Assembly: GCA_017546315.1 (NCBI GenBank)
Contig: JAFYXH010000003.1
Span: 1,536 to 65,535, forward strand
DNA length: 64,000 nucleotides
DNA from: Alphaproteobacteria bacterium
Lineage (GTDB): Bacteria; Pseudomonadota; Alphaproteobacteria; RF32; CAG-239
Direction: 5' to 3'
Shown: positions 17,661 to 27,864 of the stretch, piece after piece
How positions within the stretch are numbered: position 1 is the stretch's first letter
Layout of the letters: every line of letters begins with the position of its first letter
Program-made: the position numbers and the translations under genes
Notes under the pieces: model-generated
The model's input: only the letters and a program-made list of their open reading frames with translations
Databases searched by the model: none
What the model was told of the DNA's origin: nothing

Positions 17661-20237
17661 ATGAATATAGATAAATTTACACAAAAATCTCAGGAATTGA
17701 TAAAAAAATCAATAGATATTGCCATACTTGCAAAAAATCAATTTGCAACCCCACTACATTTGTTAGAAGCCATCCTTCAAGAAAAAGATCCTGTAATTTT
17801 TAATCTAATAACAGAAAGCCAAGGAAACTTAAATAATATAATCAAACAAACATCAGAAGAATTAAAGAAATTACCCGAAGTTTCAGGTGAAAATATAGAA
17901 ACATCATTTTCTAAAGATTATAATACTTTGTTGCTAGAAGCTGAAAATTTAGCCACACAAAGCAAAGATACATATATAACAATAGAGCGCTTATTTCAGG
18001 CCTTAGCTCAATCTTCAAACAAGGCATCAGAAATATTAAGATCAAATAATATAAATCCTAAAACCTTAAATGAAGTGATAAAAAAATATCGAAATGGTCG
18101 TATAGCAGATAGTCCAACTTCAGAAGATACTTTTTTAAGTTTACAAAAATATACCATCAATTTAACTCAAAAAGCCAAAGATGGAAAATTAGACCCAGTA
18201 ATCGGAAGAGACCAAGAAATTCGTAGAACAATTCAAGTTTTATCTCGTCGTCTCAAAAATAATCCTGTTCTAATTGGTGAACCAGGGGTTGGTAAAACAG
18301 CAATCATAGAAGGGCTTGCAATGCGCATCATCAATAATGATGTTCCTGAATCTCTAAAAAATAAACAACTTTTATCACTAGATATGGGAGCATTGATTGC
18401 CGGGGCAAAATTTAGAGGAGAATTTGAGGAACGTTTAAAATCTGTACTAAAAGAAATAGAAGCCCAAATGGGAAAAATTATCCTATTTATAGATGAAATG
18501 CACACAATTGTAGGAGCAGGAGCTTCAGAAGGTTCAATGGATGCATCTAATCTATTAAAACCAGCTCTTGCAAGAGGTGAACTCCATTGTATTGGAGCAA
18601 CCACCTTAAATGAATATCAAAAATATGTTGAAAAAGACCAAGCTCTAGCACGTCGTTTTCAACCCGTATATGTTGATGAGCCAAATGTAGAAGAAACCAT
18701 CACAATATTGCGTGGCTTAAAAGAAAAGTTTGAGCTTCATCATGGTGTAAAAATTCAAGATCAAGCTTTAATAACATCAGCCATCTTAGCTAATCGCTAT
18801 ATAAAAGAGCGTTTTATGCCAGATAAAGCCATAGACTTAATGGATGAGGCAGCAGCATCCATTCGCATGAGCATAGATAGTAAACCTGAAGAACTAGACT
18901 CATTAGAAAGAAAAGTCTTATCATTAAAAATAGAAAAAGAAGCTCTAAAAAAAGAAACTGATATTTCATCCCAAAAACGCTTAGAAATTTTAGAGGAAGA
19001 ACTTGCAAATCTAGAAGAACAAGCTCAACACTTAAATAGCCTTTGGCAAGAAGACAAGAATACACTTCAACAAATAACCGAATTAAAAGATAAATTAGAT
19101 AAAGCCAAAAATGAAGTCAAAATATCAGAGCGCAATGGCCAATATGAAAGAGCAGGGGAATTGCAATATGTAATAATACCAAGTTTGGAAGAACAAATAA
19201 AAAAATTGGAACAAAAAGAAGATAAAAAAGATGTTCAAACAGTCCAATCTGAAGACATAGCCAAAGTCGTATCCAAATGGACAGGAATTCCAGTAAATAA
19301 AATGCTCGCCTCTGAAAAAGAAAAATTATTAAATCTTGAAAATTATCTCAAGCAAAGAGTAATAGGGCAAGATAAAGCAATTTCCGCCGTATCAAATGCC
19401 GTTAGACGTTCTCGTTCTGGTATATCAAATCCTAATCAACCAGTTGGTTCATTTTTATTCTTAGGCCCAACAGGTGTTGGTAAAACAGAGTTGGCCAAAA
19501 GCTTAGCAGAATTTTTATTCAATGATGAAAATGCTATATTAAGAATAGATATGTCAGAATATATGGAAAAGCACTCAGTCTCTCGTCTTATAGGCTCCCC
19601 CCCAGGATACGTTGGTTATGAAGAAGGAGGAATACTAACCACATCAGTTCGTCGCCGTCCATATCAAGTAATATTGTTTGATGAGATAGAAAAAGCTCAT
19701 CCTGATGTGTTCAATATATTGTTGCAAGTTTTAGATGAAGGCCGTCTAACCGACAGTAAAGGGACAACAGTTGACTTTAAGAATGCAATAATCATCATGA
19801 CTTCAAACTTAGGAGCATCATTTTTGATAAATTCTAATTTAGATGATCAAGAAAAAGAAATAGAAGTTATGCAAAGTCTTCGAGAAACATTTAGACCAGA
19901 GTTTTTAAATCGAATAGATGATATCGTTCTATTTAATAAACTAACCAAAGAAGATATAGAAACCATAACAGAACTAGTCTTAAAAGATATAGAAAAAAGG
20001 CTTCAGTATCGTGAAATCACAATTACATTAACTCCAACCGCAAAATCTTGGATAGCAAATAATGGCTATGACGAGATCTATGGAGCAAGGCCTCTTAAAC
20101 GGTTTTTGAAAAATAATTTGGAAAATCAATTAGCTATCCTATTGCTTGAGGGAGAAATATCGGATAAAGAAGATGTAATAATAGACATTTTAGATGAAAA
20201 ATTGGTTGTAAATAAAAAAAATGACAAAACTCTTTGA
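17661..20237 (+). CDS. clpB: ATP-dependent chaperone ClpB
   Basis: Two AAA+ modules (GEPGVGKT and GPTGVGKT) are separated by a long coiled-coil middle domain. The start was set at ATG 17661 (RBS AAGGAG). Confidence 0.97.
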   Translation: MNIDKFTQKSQELIKKSIDIAILAKNQFATPLHLLEAILQEKDPVIFNLITESQGNLNNIIKQTSEELKKLPEVSGENIETSFSKDYNTLLLEAENLATQSKDTYITIERLFQALAQSSNKASEILRSNNINPKTLNEVIKKYRNGRIADSPTSEDTFLSLQKYTINLTQKAKDGKLDPVIGRDQEIRRTIQVLSRRLKNNPVLIGEPGVGKTAIIEGLAMRIINNDVPESLKNKQLLSLDMGALIAGAKFRGEFEERLKSVLKEIEAQMGKIILFIDEMHTIVGAGASEGSMDASNLLKPALARGELHCIGATTLNEYQKYVEKDQALARRFQPVYVDEPNVEETITILRGLKEKFELHHGVKIQDQALITSAILANRYIKERFMPDKAIDLMDEAAASIRMSIDSKPEELDSLERKVLSLKIEKEALKKETDISSQKRLEILEEELANLEEQAQHLNSLWQEDKNTLQQITELKDKLDKAKNEVKISERNGQYERAGELQYVIIPSLEEQIKKLEQKEDKKDVQTVQSEDIAKVVSKWTGIPVNKMLASEKEKLLNLENYLKQRVIGQDKAISAVSNAVRRSRSGISNPNQPVGSFLFLGPTGVGKTELAKSLAEFLFNDENAILRIDMSEYMEKHSVSRLIGSPPGYVGYEEGGILTTSVRRRPYQVILFDEIEKAHPDVFNILLQVLDEGRLTDSKGTTVDFKNAIIIMTSNLGASFLINSNLDDQEKEIEVMQSLRETFRPEFLNRIDDIVLFNKLTKEDIETITELVLKDIEKRLQYREITITLTPTAKSWIANNGYDEIYGARPLKRFLKNNLENQLAILLLEGEISDKEDVIIDILDEKLVVNKKNDKTL

Positions 20238-20305
20238 CTTCTGACAAAAAAAATGATATACTGCCTATTACTCAATCCTAAAAGATAATTGGGAGCTTAA
20301 ATATA

Positions 20306-21748
20306 ATGGGCAAAAGAGAAGAATTGGTACAAAAATTAAAAGAAGATACCAAACTAGCTTGGGAATATATAATTGAAAACGCTGAAGATTTTAGCGTTAG
20401 AGAATATTTGTCTGCCAAAAATAGAAAAAGACTAAAAAAACGCATCAATAAAAAAATTAGAAAAAAATATCAAGAACTCCCCGGATTGTATAAAAGAACA
20501 AGTAAGTTTTTTCCAAGGTTATTGAAAAAAAGTAAAAAGCAAATATCGAAATATGCCAAAGAATACCTTCAATCTAAAAATTTAAAGACTGCCTATAAAG
20601 TAGTAAAGGATACAACTTTATTTTCAGGAAAGGTATTTGCAAGTTATGTTATTTTTTCTCTTCTTTTAACCAATGATGAGTCATCTTCTAACTTAAAGCC
20701 TGCACAAGATTTGTATGAAAAAAATAAGCTAACCAAAGAGCAAACAGATGCTTTAATAGATAAAAAAATGGCAGAAAGAAAAAGAAAGAATATAGAAAAA
20801 AATAAAAAAGAGTACTATGAAAAGAAATCCTCACAAGACACTATTTCAGTTAAACCGCCTAATAAGTTAAATGACGAAATAGAGTATTTAGCAAGTTTTA
20901 TGAGTTCTTTTTCTTCTAAGCCTGAAGTTAAAGATATTGAACAAGAAGTTCAAGCAAGATACCTTAAAGCTAAAGGGGTAAGTGTAGGAGAAAGCATAAG
21001 CTTAAGCGATTTAATGACTAAAGCAAAAGTCAATGCAAGCGACATACAAAGTGCAATTAGCAAAAATCCAGAGATATTATTTAAGCTAATTCCTGGCAAT
21101 ACAAATAAAAAATTAGCTAAAGCAGCAGACCAAAAACACGGTATTATGAGAGGAGATTGCTTGGCCGGAGTTCAAGATATATTTGATAAAGCAGGTCTTC
21201 AAAACATAATTTCGGGAGGAGCACCCAATTGGCCTAAGAAACTAAAAGGCTGTAAAAACAATTCAGCATATAATGCTTATGTTCCATTAGAGAAAAATGG
21301 CGGATTTATAATCGTATCATTAGAAAATAAGGCTTACGAAACAGAAAAAGGTTCTAAAGAAAATCGTGAAATGCAAGAATTTTGTAAGAAATTGATTCCT
21401 GGACAAATTGTTATTACAGACAATAAAGTTCCAGATGAACAAGAACATAGAAGTTATACACGTCTACAACTAGAATACGGAACAGGTGGAAAGGTTCATG
21501 GGCACATAGCTGTAAAAGATAACCAAGGTTATTTTAAAAGCGATGGCACCGAGCCTCGAGGCCCCAATTTCACAAGATACGGAAATAATGTTAAATTTCC
21601 TCTATCAAAAGATATTCATATTCCTAAAGATATAGCCCTAGAAATAATAAAAGAATCAGAAGAGATGTCACGCCTAAAACAACAAAATAAAGAAACCTAT
21701 ACTGCAGAAAATATATTCCATTTTTGGCAAAACAACTATCGAGGTTAG
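20306..21748 (+). CDS. Membrane-anchored protein with a C-terminal papain-like (CHAP/NlpC-P60-type) Cys-His signature, paralog 1
   Basis: It has a Lys-rich N-terminus and one TM segment (LFSGKVFASYVIFSLLL). The C-terminal domain carries RGDCLAGVQDIF and KVHGHIAVKDNQG. It is a clear paralog of 21829..22938. Confidence 0.45.
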   Translation: MGKREELVQKLKEDTKLAWEYIIENAEDFSVREYLSAKNRKRLKKRINKKIRKKYQELPGLYKRTSKFFPRLLKKSKKQISKYAKEYLQSKNLKTAYKVVKDTTLFSGKVFASYVIFSLLLTNDESSSNLKPAQDLYEKNKLTKEQTDALIDKKMAERKRKNIEKNKKEYYEKKSSQDTISVKPPNKLNDEIEYLASFMSSFSSKPEVKDIEQEVQARYLKAKGVSVGESISLSDLMTKAKVNASDIQSAISKNPEILFKLIPGNTNKKLAKAADQKHGIMRGDCLAGVQDIFDKAGLQNIISGGAPNWPKKLKGCKNNSAYNAYVPLEKNGGFIIVSLENKAYETEKGSKENREMQEFCKKLIPGQIVITDNKVPDEQEHRSYTRLQLEYGTGGKVHGHIAVKDNQGYFKSDGTEPRGPNFTRYGNNVKFPLSKDIHIPKDIALEIIKESEEMSRLKQQNKETYTAENIFHFWQNNYRG

Positions 21749-21828
21749 TTCAATTATAAAACTCTTTACAAATCCCTTAAAATATGGTAAAATAAGCCAT
21801 AATTGAGGCTATTTGTATAGAGGGAAGA

Positions 21829-22938
21829 ATGGAAAACAAGCAAGGTTTCATAGATGAGCTAAAAGAAGATGCTCGTACAGCTTGGAATTATATCAAGAAA
21901 AATGCCTATAAAATAGGTAGTTATGCCTTGTTGACCTTAACACTTTCAGGAATAACAGAAGCAGAAGATAAAAAACTAAGCCAAGTTAAAGAAGAATACA
22001 AAACATCATTATCCAAAGAACAACATCTTTCCAATAAGTTAGAAAATAAAAACGATACTAACAAGACAGCAAATTTTGAAACTTTTATGAATATGTTTCA
22101 AGAAATTACTCCCGAAGCAAAAGCAGAACAAACATATGCTAATCTAAACAAAAATAGCGTCGTTCCTCAAAAGTTTAGCCTTGAGGAGTTGATAGAAAAA
22201 GCAGGCATATCCAAAGAAGATATCCAAGTTGTTTTATCAGAAAACAAAGAGTTATTCAAAGACCTAACCCCTGGAATAAGAGCAACACGACTAGCACGAT
22301 CAGCCGATAAAGTAACTGGTAAAAACAATGGAAATTGTTTATATGGAGCTCAACAAATATTCCAAGGAGCACATTTAGGTGAAATTTTAACCGGTGAAAA
22401 TCCTGATTGGCCAAATAAAATAAAAGGATGTGCTTATAATTCAGCCTTTAATGCTCATATTCCCTTAGAAAAGAGTGGAAAGTTTGTTAATATTACTCTT
22501 GAAAATACTGCATATAACAAACCAAGTATTTCAGCAGAAAATCAAGAACTAAAAGCATTTTCTCGTCAATTACCAGCCGGTGCAATCATAATCACAGATA
22601 ACAAAGTAGCAGATGAGCACTTGGGAAGAAGATATAAAGATCTAGAAAAAATGTATGGAAAAGGTGGCAAAATCCATGGTCATATAGCAATCAAAGATAA
22701 TTTAGGTCTATATAAGGAAGAGGGCGTAGCTTTAGCTCCTTCGTTTTCTCAATATGGTAAAGATTTTAAAGTATGCCTCTCCACAGATTATATCGTATCA
22801 GAACAATTAGCTAAAAAATTGATAGCTCAAAAAGAAAAACGCTTAAATAAAGAAAAAGAGCAAGAAAATCAAAATAAAAATAACTTTAGCGTATTGCAAA
22901 TGAAAGCTCAATCAAATGGGGTAGGCTATGGCAAATAA
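21829..22938 (+). CDS. Membrane-anchored protein with a C-terminal papain-like Cys-His signature, paralog 2
   Basis: NGNCLYGAQQIF and KIHGHIAIKDNLG. The shared blocks are NWP.K(L/I)KGC..NSA(Y/F)NA..PLEK.G.F and ITDNKV.DE. The N-terminal LKED...AW.YI is also shared. Confidence 0.45.
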   Translation: MENKQGFIDELKEDARTAWNYIKKNAYKIGSYALLTLTLSGITEAEDKKLSQVKEEYKTSLSKEQHLSNKLENKNDTNKTANFETFMNMFQEITPEAKAEQTYANLNKNSVVPQKFSLEELIEKAGISKEDIQVVLSENKELFKDLTPGIRATRLARSADKVTGKNNGNCLYGAQQIFQGAHLGEILTGENPDWPNKIKGCAYNSAFNAHIPLEKSGKFVNITLENTAYNKPSISAENQELKAFSRQLPAGAIIITDNKVADEHLGRRYKDLEKMYGKGGKIHGHIAIKDNLGLYKEEGVALAPSFSQYGKDFKVCLSTDYIVSEQLAKKLIAQKEKRLNKEKEQENQNKNNFSVLQMKAQSNGVGYGK

Positions 22939-23431
22939 CCAAACATTACCTAAATCGTTTGAAATTATAGATGAGCATCTCCTCATAAGTAATGATATAA
23001 CCAAATCAATTTATGAAAAATATTCTGATTTTGGAAGTTTTATCGTCGAAATCTCACAAGATATCGAAAAATCTATCGAAAAGATAAATTGTCATCCGAG
23101 ATTAAAAACACCCCTAAATAAACAAGAAACTAAAACAATCAATAGGTTAAAGATGATAGCTCATTCAAGACAACAATATTTTGAAAAGCACTTCACTTAT
23201 CATCAACAAAATAATGATATAGAAAAGAAATATCTTCAATTAGAAAAAGAAACCAATAACCTTGCAACTATTCCACCAATAAATATAGAAAAAAAACTAC
23301 AAGAAATAGATAAAAAAAGGCAAAAATTACTTTTAGAAAAAAATAAATTAAAGAAAATTAAACAACAAGATAAAAGACAAATAGCAATAAAAGAGCTCTT
23401 TTCTGCACGAAAGAGACAACTAACTTATTAA
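22928..23431 (+). CDS. Hypothetical coiled-coil protein whose ORF overlaps the preceding gene by 11 nt
   Basis: The start ATG overlaps the end of 21829..22938. The C-terminal half is Lys/Gln-rich heptad-like sequence. Confidence 0.5.
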   Translation: MANNQTLPKSFEIIDEHLLISNDITKSIYEKYSDFGSFIVEISQDIEKSIEKINCHPRLKTPLNKQETKTINRLKMIAHSRQQYFEKHFTYHQQNNDIEKKYLQLEKETNNLATIPPINIEKKLQEIDKKRQKLLLEKNKLKKIKQQDKRQIAIKELFSARKRQLTY

Positions 23432-23446
23432 ATTACCACAAAAAAA

Positions 23447-23469
23447 GGCTGTTGCATAAAACAACAGCC
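23447..23469. terminator. Bidirectional terminator hairpin between convergent genes
   Basis: GGCTGTTG-CATAAAA-CAACAGCC. Confidence 0.6.
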
Positions 23470-23476
23470 AAATCAA

Positions 23477-25060
23477 TTACTTCAATCGATCTTGAATAAA
23501 ACGCATAGCTTTAACAGTATATTTCTTTCTTCTATAAACAAAAGAAACATCTTCTGAAGAGAAATTATATGCCAACAAAAAGATTTTGCGTTTATCTTCA
23601 TTAGTACGAGCAAAAGCAATAACTTCAGGATTATCAATACCCTTGATAAAGGTTACATTACCAAATTCACCAAAAATAGAATTTTTGCGTTGTTTGACAA
23701 GCGTTCTAAAAAAGTTCAACAAAGAAGTCTCATGTTTCTGATTAGATACAGCAAGTCTGTATTGCTCATCATCCGGCATCAAAGCCATCTTACGAGTAGC
23801 ATCATTAACGTTATCACTCATAGCAAAACCAGCACGAGCCGCATCCCAAGGCATTCCAAAATTGGTCCAAATATTAAGTGGATCATTTTCAGGATGTTTG
23901 CACTTTTCAAAGTCTTTAGGGTTAGAAAGCCCCAATTCTTGACCTTGGAAAATACAAATACTACCCGGAAGAGAGAGCAAAAAATGCAACAACATCTTCT
24001 TTTGCAAAATACTAGGATTTTTGCCAAACACACGAGAAGCTTCACGCTCAACATCATGACTACTAGTTGCCCAATTAAGCTTTACTCCATTTTTCATCAA
24101 AGATAAGTCTTTTGCGACATGTTTTCTCATATCATCAACATCACCACCATTGAGCGCCCCAGTAAAATAAGCATCAACACCACAATCAGCAAAAAAATCT
24201 TCAACACGCTTTTTAGCCATTTTGCTTGTTGCTTTATATCCAAACTCTGCTAACAAAGTCTTAGGATTTTCATAAGAATTACACAATTCTTTCAAACGAT
24301 TGAGAAAATTCTGTCCGCCAATAGTTTGGCAATCATAAAGACGGTCTTGTAATCCTTTCTTAGTTTTAATCTTAAACACGGGATTATCACGAAGCATAGG
24401 ATCAGGAGCATAGTGAACAGCAGCGTCCAAACGGAAACCATCAACCCCTAAATCAAACCAAAACTTAGAGATTTTCAATAATTCATCCTGAACATCCTTA
24501 TTATTGATGTTAAGATTAGGCATAGAATAATCAAAGCTGTGCATATAAAACTGCTTACGCTTATTGTTCCATTGCCAAACAGAGTTGCCATTAGAGTTCC
24601 AAATCGGTTCCCAGTTGTTAGGTGCAATAGGCTTACCATTATCGTCAAATCCCAAAGCATCTGCCCAAATAAAGTATTCATCATAAGGTTTGATGCGTTT
24701 AACACTTTTTTCAAACCAAGGATGCTTACAAGAGCAGTGGTTATACACCTGATCAATAATCACACGAATACCCTTAGAATGATACACTTTGCACAAATCG
24801 ACAAAGTCATCAATTGTTCCAAACATAGGATTAACAGCACAATAGTCCGTAATATCGTATCCAAAGCCTGTACCACCAAAAGGGTAAAAGGGGGTAATCC
24901 ATATAGCATCAACACCAAGAGAAGAAACATAATTAACCAAGGCACTCACACCTTTTAAGTTTCCATAACAACCTTTATAAGGATCGCTTGCGCTACCTTT
25001 AGCATAATTAAATGTAAGCGGGTAAATTTGATAAATCACCTCATTGTTCTTCGTTTTCAT
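23477..25060 (-). CDS. GH13 alpha-glucosidase / oligo-1,6-glucosidase family enzyme
   Basis: IYQIYPLTF, GVDAIWITPFY, the nucleophile box DGFRLDAAVH, and SSHDVER. Confidence 0.9.
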   Translation of the reverse strand: MKTKNNEVIYQIYPLTFNYAKGSASDPYKGCYGNLKGVSALVNYVSSLGVDAIWITPFYPFGGTGFGYDITDYCAVNPMFGTIDDFVDLCKVYHSKGIRVIIDQVYNHCSCKHPWFEKSVKRIKPYDEYFIWADALGFDDNGKPIAPNNWEPIWNSNGNSVWQWNNKRKQFYMHSFDYSMPNLNINNKDVQDELLKISKFWFDLGVDGFRLDAAVHYAPDPMLRDNPVFKIKTKKGLQDRLYDCQTIGGQNFLNRLKELCNSYENPKTLLAEFGYKATSKMAKKRVEDFFADCGVDAYFTGALNGGDVDDMRKHVAKDLSLMKNGVKLNWATSSHDVEREASRVFGKNPSILQKKMLLHFLLSLPGSICIFQGQELGLSNPKDFEKCKHPENDPLNIWTNFGMPWDAARAGFAMSDNVNDATRKMALMPDDEQYRLAVSNQKHETSLLNFFRTLVKQRKNSIFGEFGNVTFIKGIDNPEVIAFARTNEDKRKIFLLAYNFSSEDVSFVYRRKKYTVKAMRFIQDRLK

Positions 25061-25163
25061 AAAGAATAAATTTAAAAATTACACACAAAAATATTTATAA
25101 CTGATTTTTTCTATATAAAATATTTTATCTCAAGTCAAGTTTAATAACATATTATATTTAAAC

Positions 25164-25196
25164 AAAAAAATCCCCTCTATATTCATGAAAGGGGAT
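25164..25196 (-). terminator. Rho-independent terminator
   Basis: ATCCCCT-N13-AGGGGAT with an A-run on the + strand. Confidence 0.55.
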
Positions 25197-25332
25197 TTAA
25201 TTAACGTAGTAAAATCATTTAAGAAAAGATTGAAGCTCATCATCTCATAAATATCTCTTTTAACCTCAATTGATAAAATAAAGAAGTATATTCCTTTCTT
25301 ACCAATAAAAACGTAAGAGAAAACGATATTTT

Positions 25333-25626
25333 CTAAAATTTATGGGTCAAATTTTCAAAATGAAAAATTTCACACACTTCAAGTCCTTTCGGTTTATGAC
25401 GATAAATATCAAACTGTACCTCATCACCAACCGCAGATAAAGCTATTTTAGAAAACATAGTTCCCTTAAATTGAGTTAATGAACGAAAAGAAATTCCCGA
25501 TGTTTGATAATAGAATTCTTCACAACCATCTGGAGTTTCTAATAAAAGAAACACAACAAGCTCAGAACCTCCTTTTAAGGTCACTGGAGCACTAACAATT
25601 TTGCCAGTAATTTTTTCAAACTTCAT
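25333..25626 (-). CDS. Small hypothetical protein (97 aa), member of a small beta-rich family
   Basis: It shares F.GKI.S.P...VVF and S..A.S.VGD.V with 26337..26636. No RBS is visible. Confidence 0.45.
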   Translation of the reverse strand: MKFEKITGKIVSAPVTLKGGSELVVFLLLETPDGCEEFYYQTSGISFRSLTQFKGTMFSKIALSAVGDEVQFDIYRHKPKGLEVCEIFHFENLTHKF

Positions 25627-26090
25627 ACATCATAATATTTTAATTGTTAAACATAATAAATTTCAAGCGATACAAAATATAAAAGACTTAATTAAAAAAA
25701 GCAAGACAATATTATATTAACATCAATGCGTTGCTATTTGAGGCATAAAATAATATAACTGCTTTTTTTAATAGTTCTACCCCCATCTTCTAGAAGTATA
25801 ACTGCTCTTACATCAAAAAGATAAAAGCATCATCGTGAAACGAAAGTTTATTAAACAAAATCATTCCATGTGTCCAAAATAAACTTATAACAATACCTAA
25901 AAATAAATACTTAAATCTGATATCAAGAGGTCTAAGATAGTTCAACATATTCTTTATTTCCTTACAACAATTATACTTAATGATATAAAAAAAGTATAAT
26001 CAAAGTAATTAAAATATCATTTTTACTTTCAATAAAAACAATGCCCAAATCAACCCCCAAAACAATAAAAAACGCAACATTAATATTCTT

Positions 26091-26128
26091 AAAATAAAAA
26101 ATCCCTTACAATTAAAAAATTGTAAGGG
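26091..26128 (-). terminator. Rho-independent terminator
   Basis: CCCTTACAATT-AAAA-AATTGTAAGGG is a perfect 11-bp stem followed by a U-run on the minus strand. Confidence 0.65.
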
Positions 26129-26137
26129 AGAGTTTTT

Positions 26138-26314
26138 CTACTTCTTTTTTGCATCATTAAGACATTGTTTCTGGCGTTCTTCTAAAGCCTTATTATCTTT
26201 GTAATAGATAACCCCAAAAGTCAAAATTACAATAATTATCAAAACAAGGGGAACGTATGGACCACTCAAAAAGTCTACAAACGGACCTTTAAGAATTGAA
26301 ACAATTTTTTCCAT
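26138..26314 (-). CDS. Small membrane protein (58 aa), below the ORF-track size cutoff
   Basis: Manual translation gives MEKIVSILKGPFVDFLSGPYVPLVLIIIVILTFGVIYYKDNKALEERQKQCLNDAKKK. It has one TM segment and is followed directly by a strong terminator. Confidence 0.4.
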   Translation of the reverse strand: MEKIVSILKGPFVDFLSGPYVPLVLIIIVILTFGVIYYKDNKALEERQKQCLNDAKKK

Positions 26315-26336
26315 AACACAAAGTTTTTAAGAGTAC

Positions 26337-26636
26337 TTAACTAAGTTTTCCAAAGCCAAGAGTATCATTAACAAAACTACAGATTTCCGCATTGATATAA
26401 TTACTCTCAGTTGATGCATTCAAGCCTAAGCGCACCTTATCACCCACAGAAGATACAGCAACGTCAGAAAATACAGTATTTTCTATATTGATATAAAGGT
26501 TCTGTGTTGTGCTATAAAGTTTTTTACGGCCGATATTTTCAATATCAACCACAACGAAAACAACAACATAATTAGCCATTGGCACAACAATCGGAGTGCT
26601 TGCAATTTTACCTGAAAAAAATTTCAATTTTAACAT
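26337..26636 (-). CDS. Small hypothetical protein (99 aa), same family as 25333..25626
   Basis: FSGKIASTPIVV...VVVFVVV...SDVAVSSVGDKV. Confidence 0.45.
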   Translation of the reverse strand: MLKLKFFSGKIASTPIVVPMANYVVVFVVVDIENIGRKKLYSTTQNLYINIENTVFSDVAVSSVGDKVRLGLNASTESNYINAEICSFVNDTLGFGKLS

Positions 26637-26958
26637 AATTCTTAAATTTTAAATAATATTACATCATAATTTTTACCAAACGGCAATGCTAAATCATTTT
26701 ATTCTAAGAAGCAAATACTTTTTCGCATTAAAGCATTATAATATCTCACAATAACAAAATTGCGGATGCTTAATACTTAAAGTTTCACCATCATCCCCTA
26801 TATAATAATATGTATAATGAGCTTTTTCTTATTTAATACTATTTACAATAGAAGACGAATTTACAATGCTTTTTGTCTAAAAGGTGTTGACAAGATGTTT
26901 TCTTTATAATATTACAAACCATAAAATTAAATTATTGTTCCACTAAAATTTTCTTATT

Positions 26959-27189
26959 ATGAATATTATTGGATGTATTGTAGTAGTAGGTTTTTTTATT
27001 TTTTCTGCCTATGTGTTCTTTGAAGCTTCTAAGCCTGTAGATACAAAACGCTTGGAACAAATATTAGATGATGCGCTTGATTCATTGGAAACATCAGAAG
27101 CTAAAGAAAAAAAGGAAAAAGGCAATTCTAAGTCTTCTAATGGCGGTTCTTGTTCATGTTCATCTAGTCGCCATCGAAACACAGTGTGA
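26959..27189 (+). CDS. Small membrane-anchored protein (76 aa) with a Ser/Cys-rich tail
   Basis: It has an N-terminal TM segment, an acidic linker and a GGSCSCSSSRHRN tail, and is followed by a terminator. Confidence 0.4.
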   Translation: MNIIGCIVVVGFFIFSAYVFFEASKPVDTKRLEQILDDALDSLETSEAKEKKEKGNSKSSNGGSCSCSSSRHRNTV

Positions 27190-27233
27190 GTTAATGCTGT
27201 AATGCGTAACGAAGTTTTCTAACAAATACCTTA

Positions 27234-27258
27234 AGCCGGCTTTCACGCCGGTTTTTTT
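27234..27258 (+). terminator. Rho-independent terminator
   Basis: CCGGC-TTTCAC-GCCGG followed by TTTTTTT. Confidence 0.6.
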
Positions 27259-27265
27259 ATTGAAA

Positions 27266-27864
27266 GTACATCCAAGCAAGCGCTCCCTTTTTTTGTGTCT
27301 TCTTACCTTACGCTTCTAACCACAAAAAAAAGAGCTCTCTAACAAAAGAAAGCTCTCAACAATGGTAGGCGCGTGGGGCTTTTATGAATAAAACAATTTG
27401 GGGAATTGTTTTTATCATGAAAGAGTAGTCATTGTAAATTTTGCATAGACGAGCAGTCTATAATGCAAAATTATATCAATGATTTGTCCGAAGCGAAGTT
27501 ATTTTGATGTAATCAAAATACTACGAAGCAAGCGAACCCTTTAGGGGGCGAACCCTGTAAGCCACAAAAAAAAGAGCTCTCTAATAAAAGAAAGCTCTCA
27601 ACAATGGTAGGCGCGTGGGGCTTTTATGAATAAAAACAATTTGGGGAATTGTTTTTATCATGAAAGAGTAGTCATTGTAAATTTTGCATAGACGAGCAGT
27701 CTATAATGCAAAATTACATCAATGATTTGTCCGAAGCGAAGTTATTTTGATGTAATCAAAATACTATGAAGCAAGCGAACCCTTTAGGGGGCGAACCCCG
27801 TATGCCACAAAAAAAAAGAGCTCTCTAACAAAAGAAAGCTCTCTACAATGGTAGGCGCGTGGGG
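27266..27864. repeat. About 2.3 tandem copies of a ~243-bp unit, each ending with the last 16 nt of tRNA-Lys
   Basis: TGGTAGGCGCGTGGGG occurs at 27363-27378, 27605-27620 and 27849-27864 (period 242/244 bp). The two full units differ by only a handful of substitutions or 1-nt indels. Each unit contains several hairpins. Confidence 0.9.

Noticed and set aside
18233-18604. Antisense or overlapping ORFs inside long genes. This one lies in clpB. Others are 12620-12967 and 12814-13023 in fabH, 23690-24106 and 24475-24958 in the GH13 gene, 28657-29103 in cca, 30567-32894 in the MORN gene, 55025-56394 in the DUF2779 gene, 61119-61751 in galE and 62491-63648 in dnaB.
   Set aside because: Each lies wholly within a confidently identified gene on the opposite strand or in another frame. 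They lack RBSs and have compositionally odd products.
25808-25948. 46-aa minus-strand ORF (…FWTHGMILFNKLSFHDDAF…) resembling the N-terminal loop of GtrII-like membrane proteins, a possible gene remnant
   Set aside because: It is too short and the similarity is too weak to support a pseudogene call without a database alignment.
26887-26915. Promoter call at TTGACA (26887-26892) upstream of the 76-aa membrane peptide gene
   Set aside because: TATAAT follows after only 12 nt, and no good -10 box lies at 16-18 nt spacing. It is noted only because the AGGTGTTGACAA context is shared with the 33951 candidate.
27384-27428. 14-aa hydrophobic mini-ORF (MNKTIWGIVFIMKE) inside the tRNA-Lys repeat unit
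   Set aside because: The second unit carries a 1-nt insertion that changes the frame and the peptide, so the reading frame is not conserved. The unit is treated as non-coding.
27266-27864. Possible CRISPR array
   Set aside because: The period is ~243 bp and whole units are repeated, with no short repeat plus unique spacer structure. No cas genes are present in the window.
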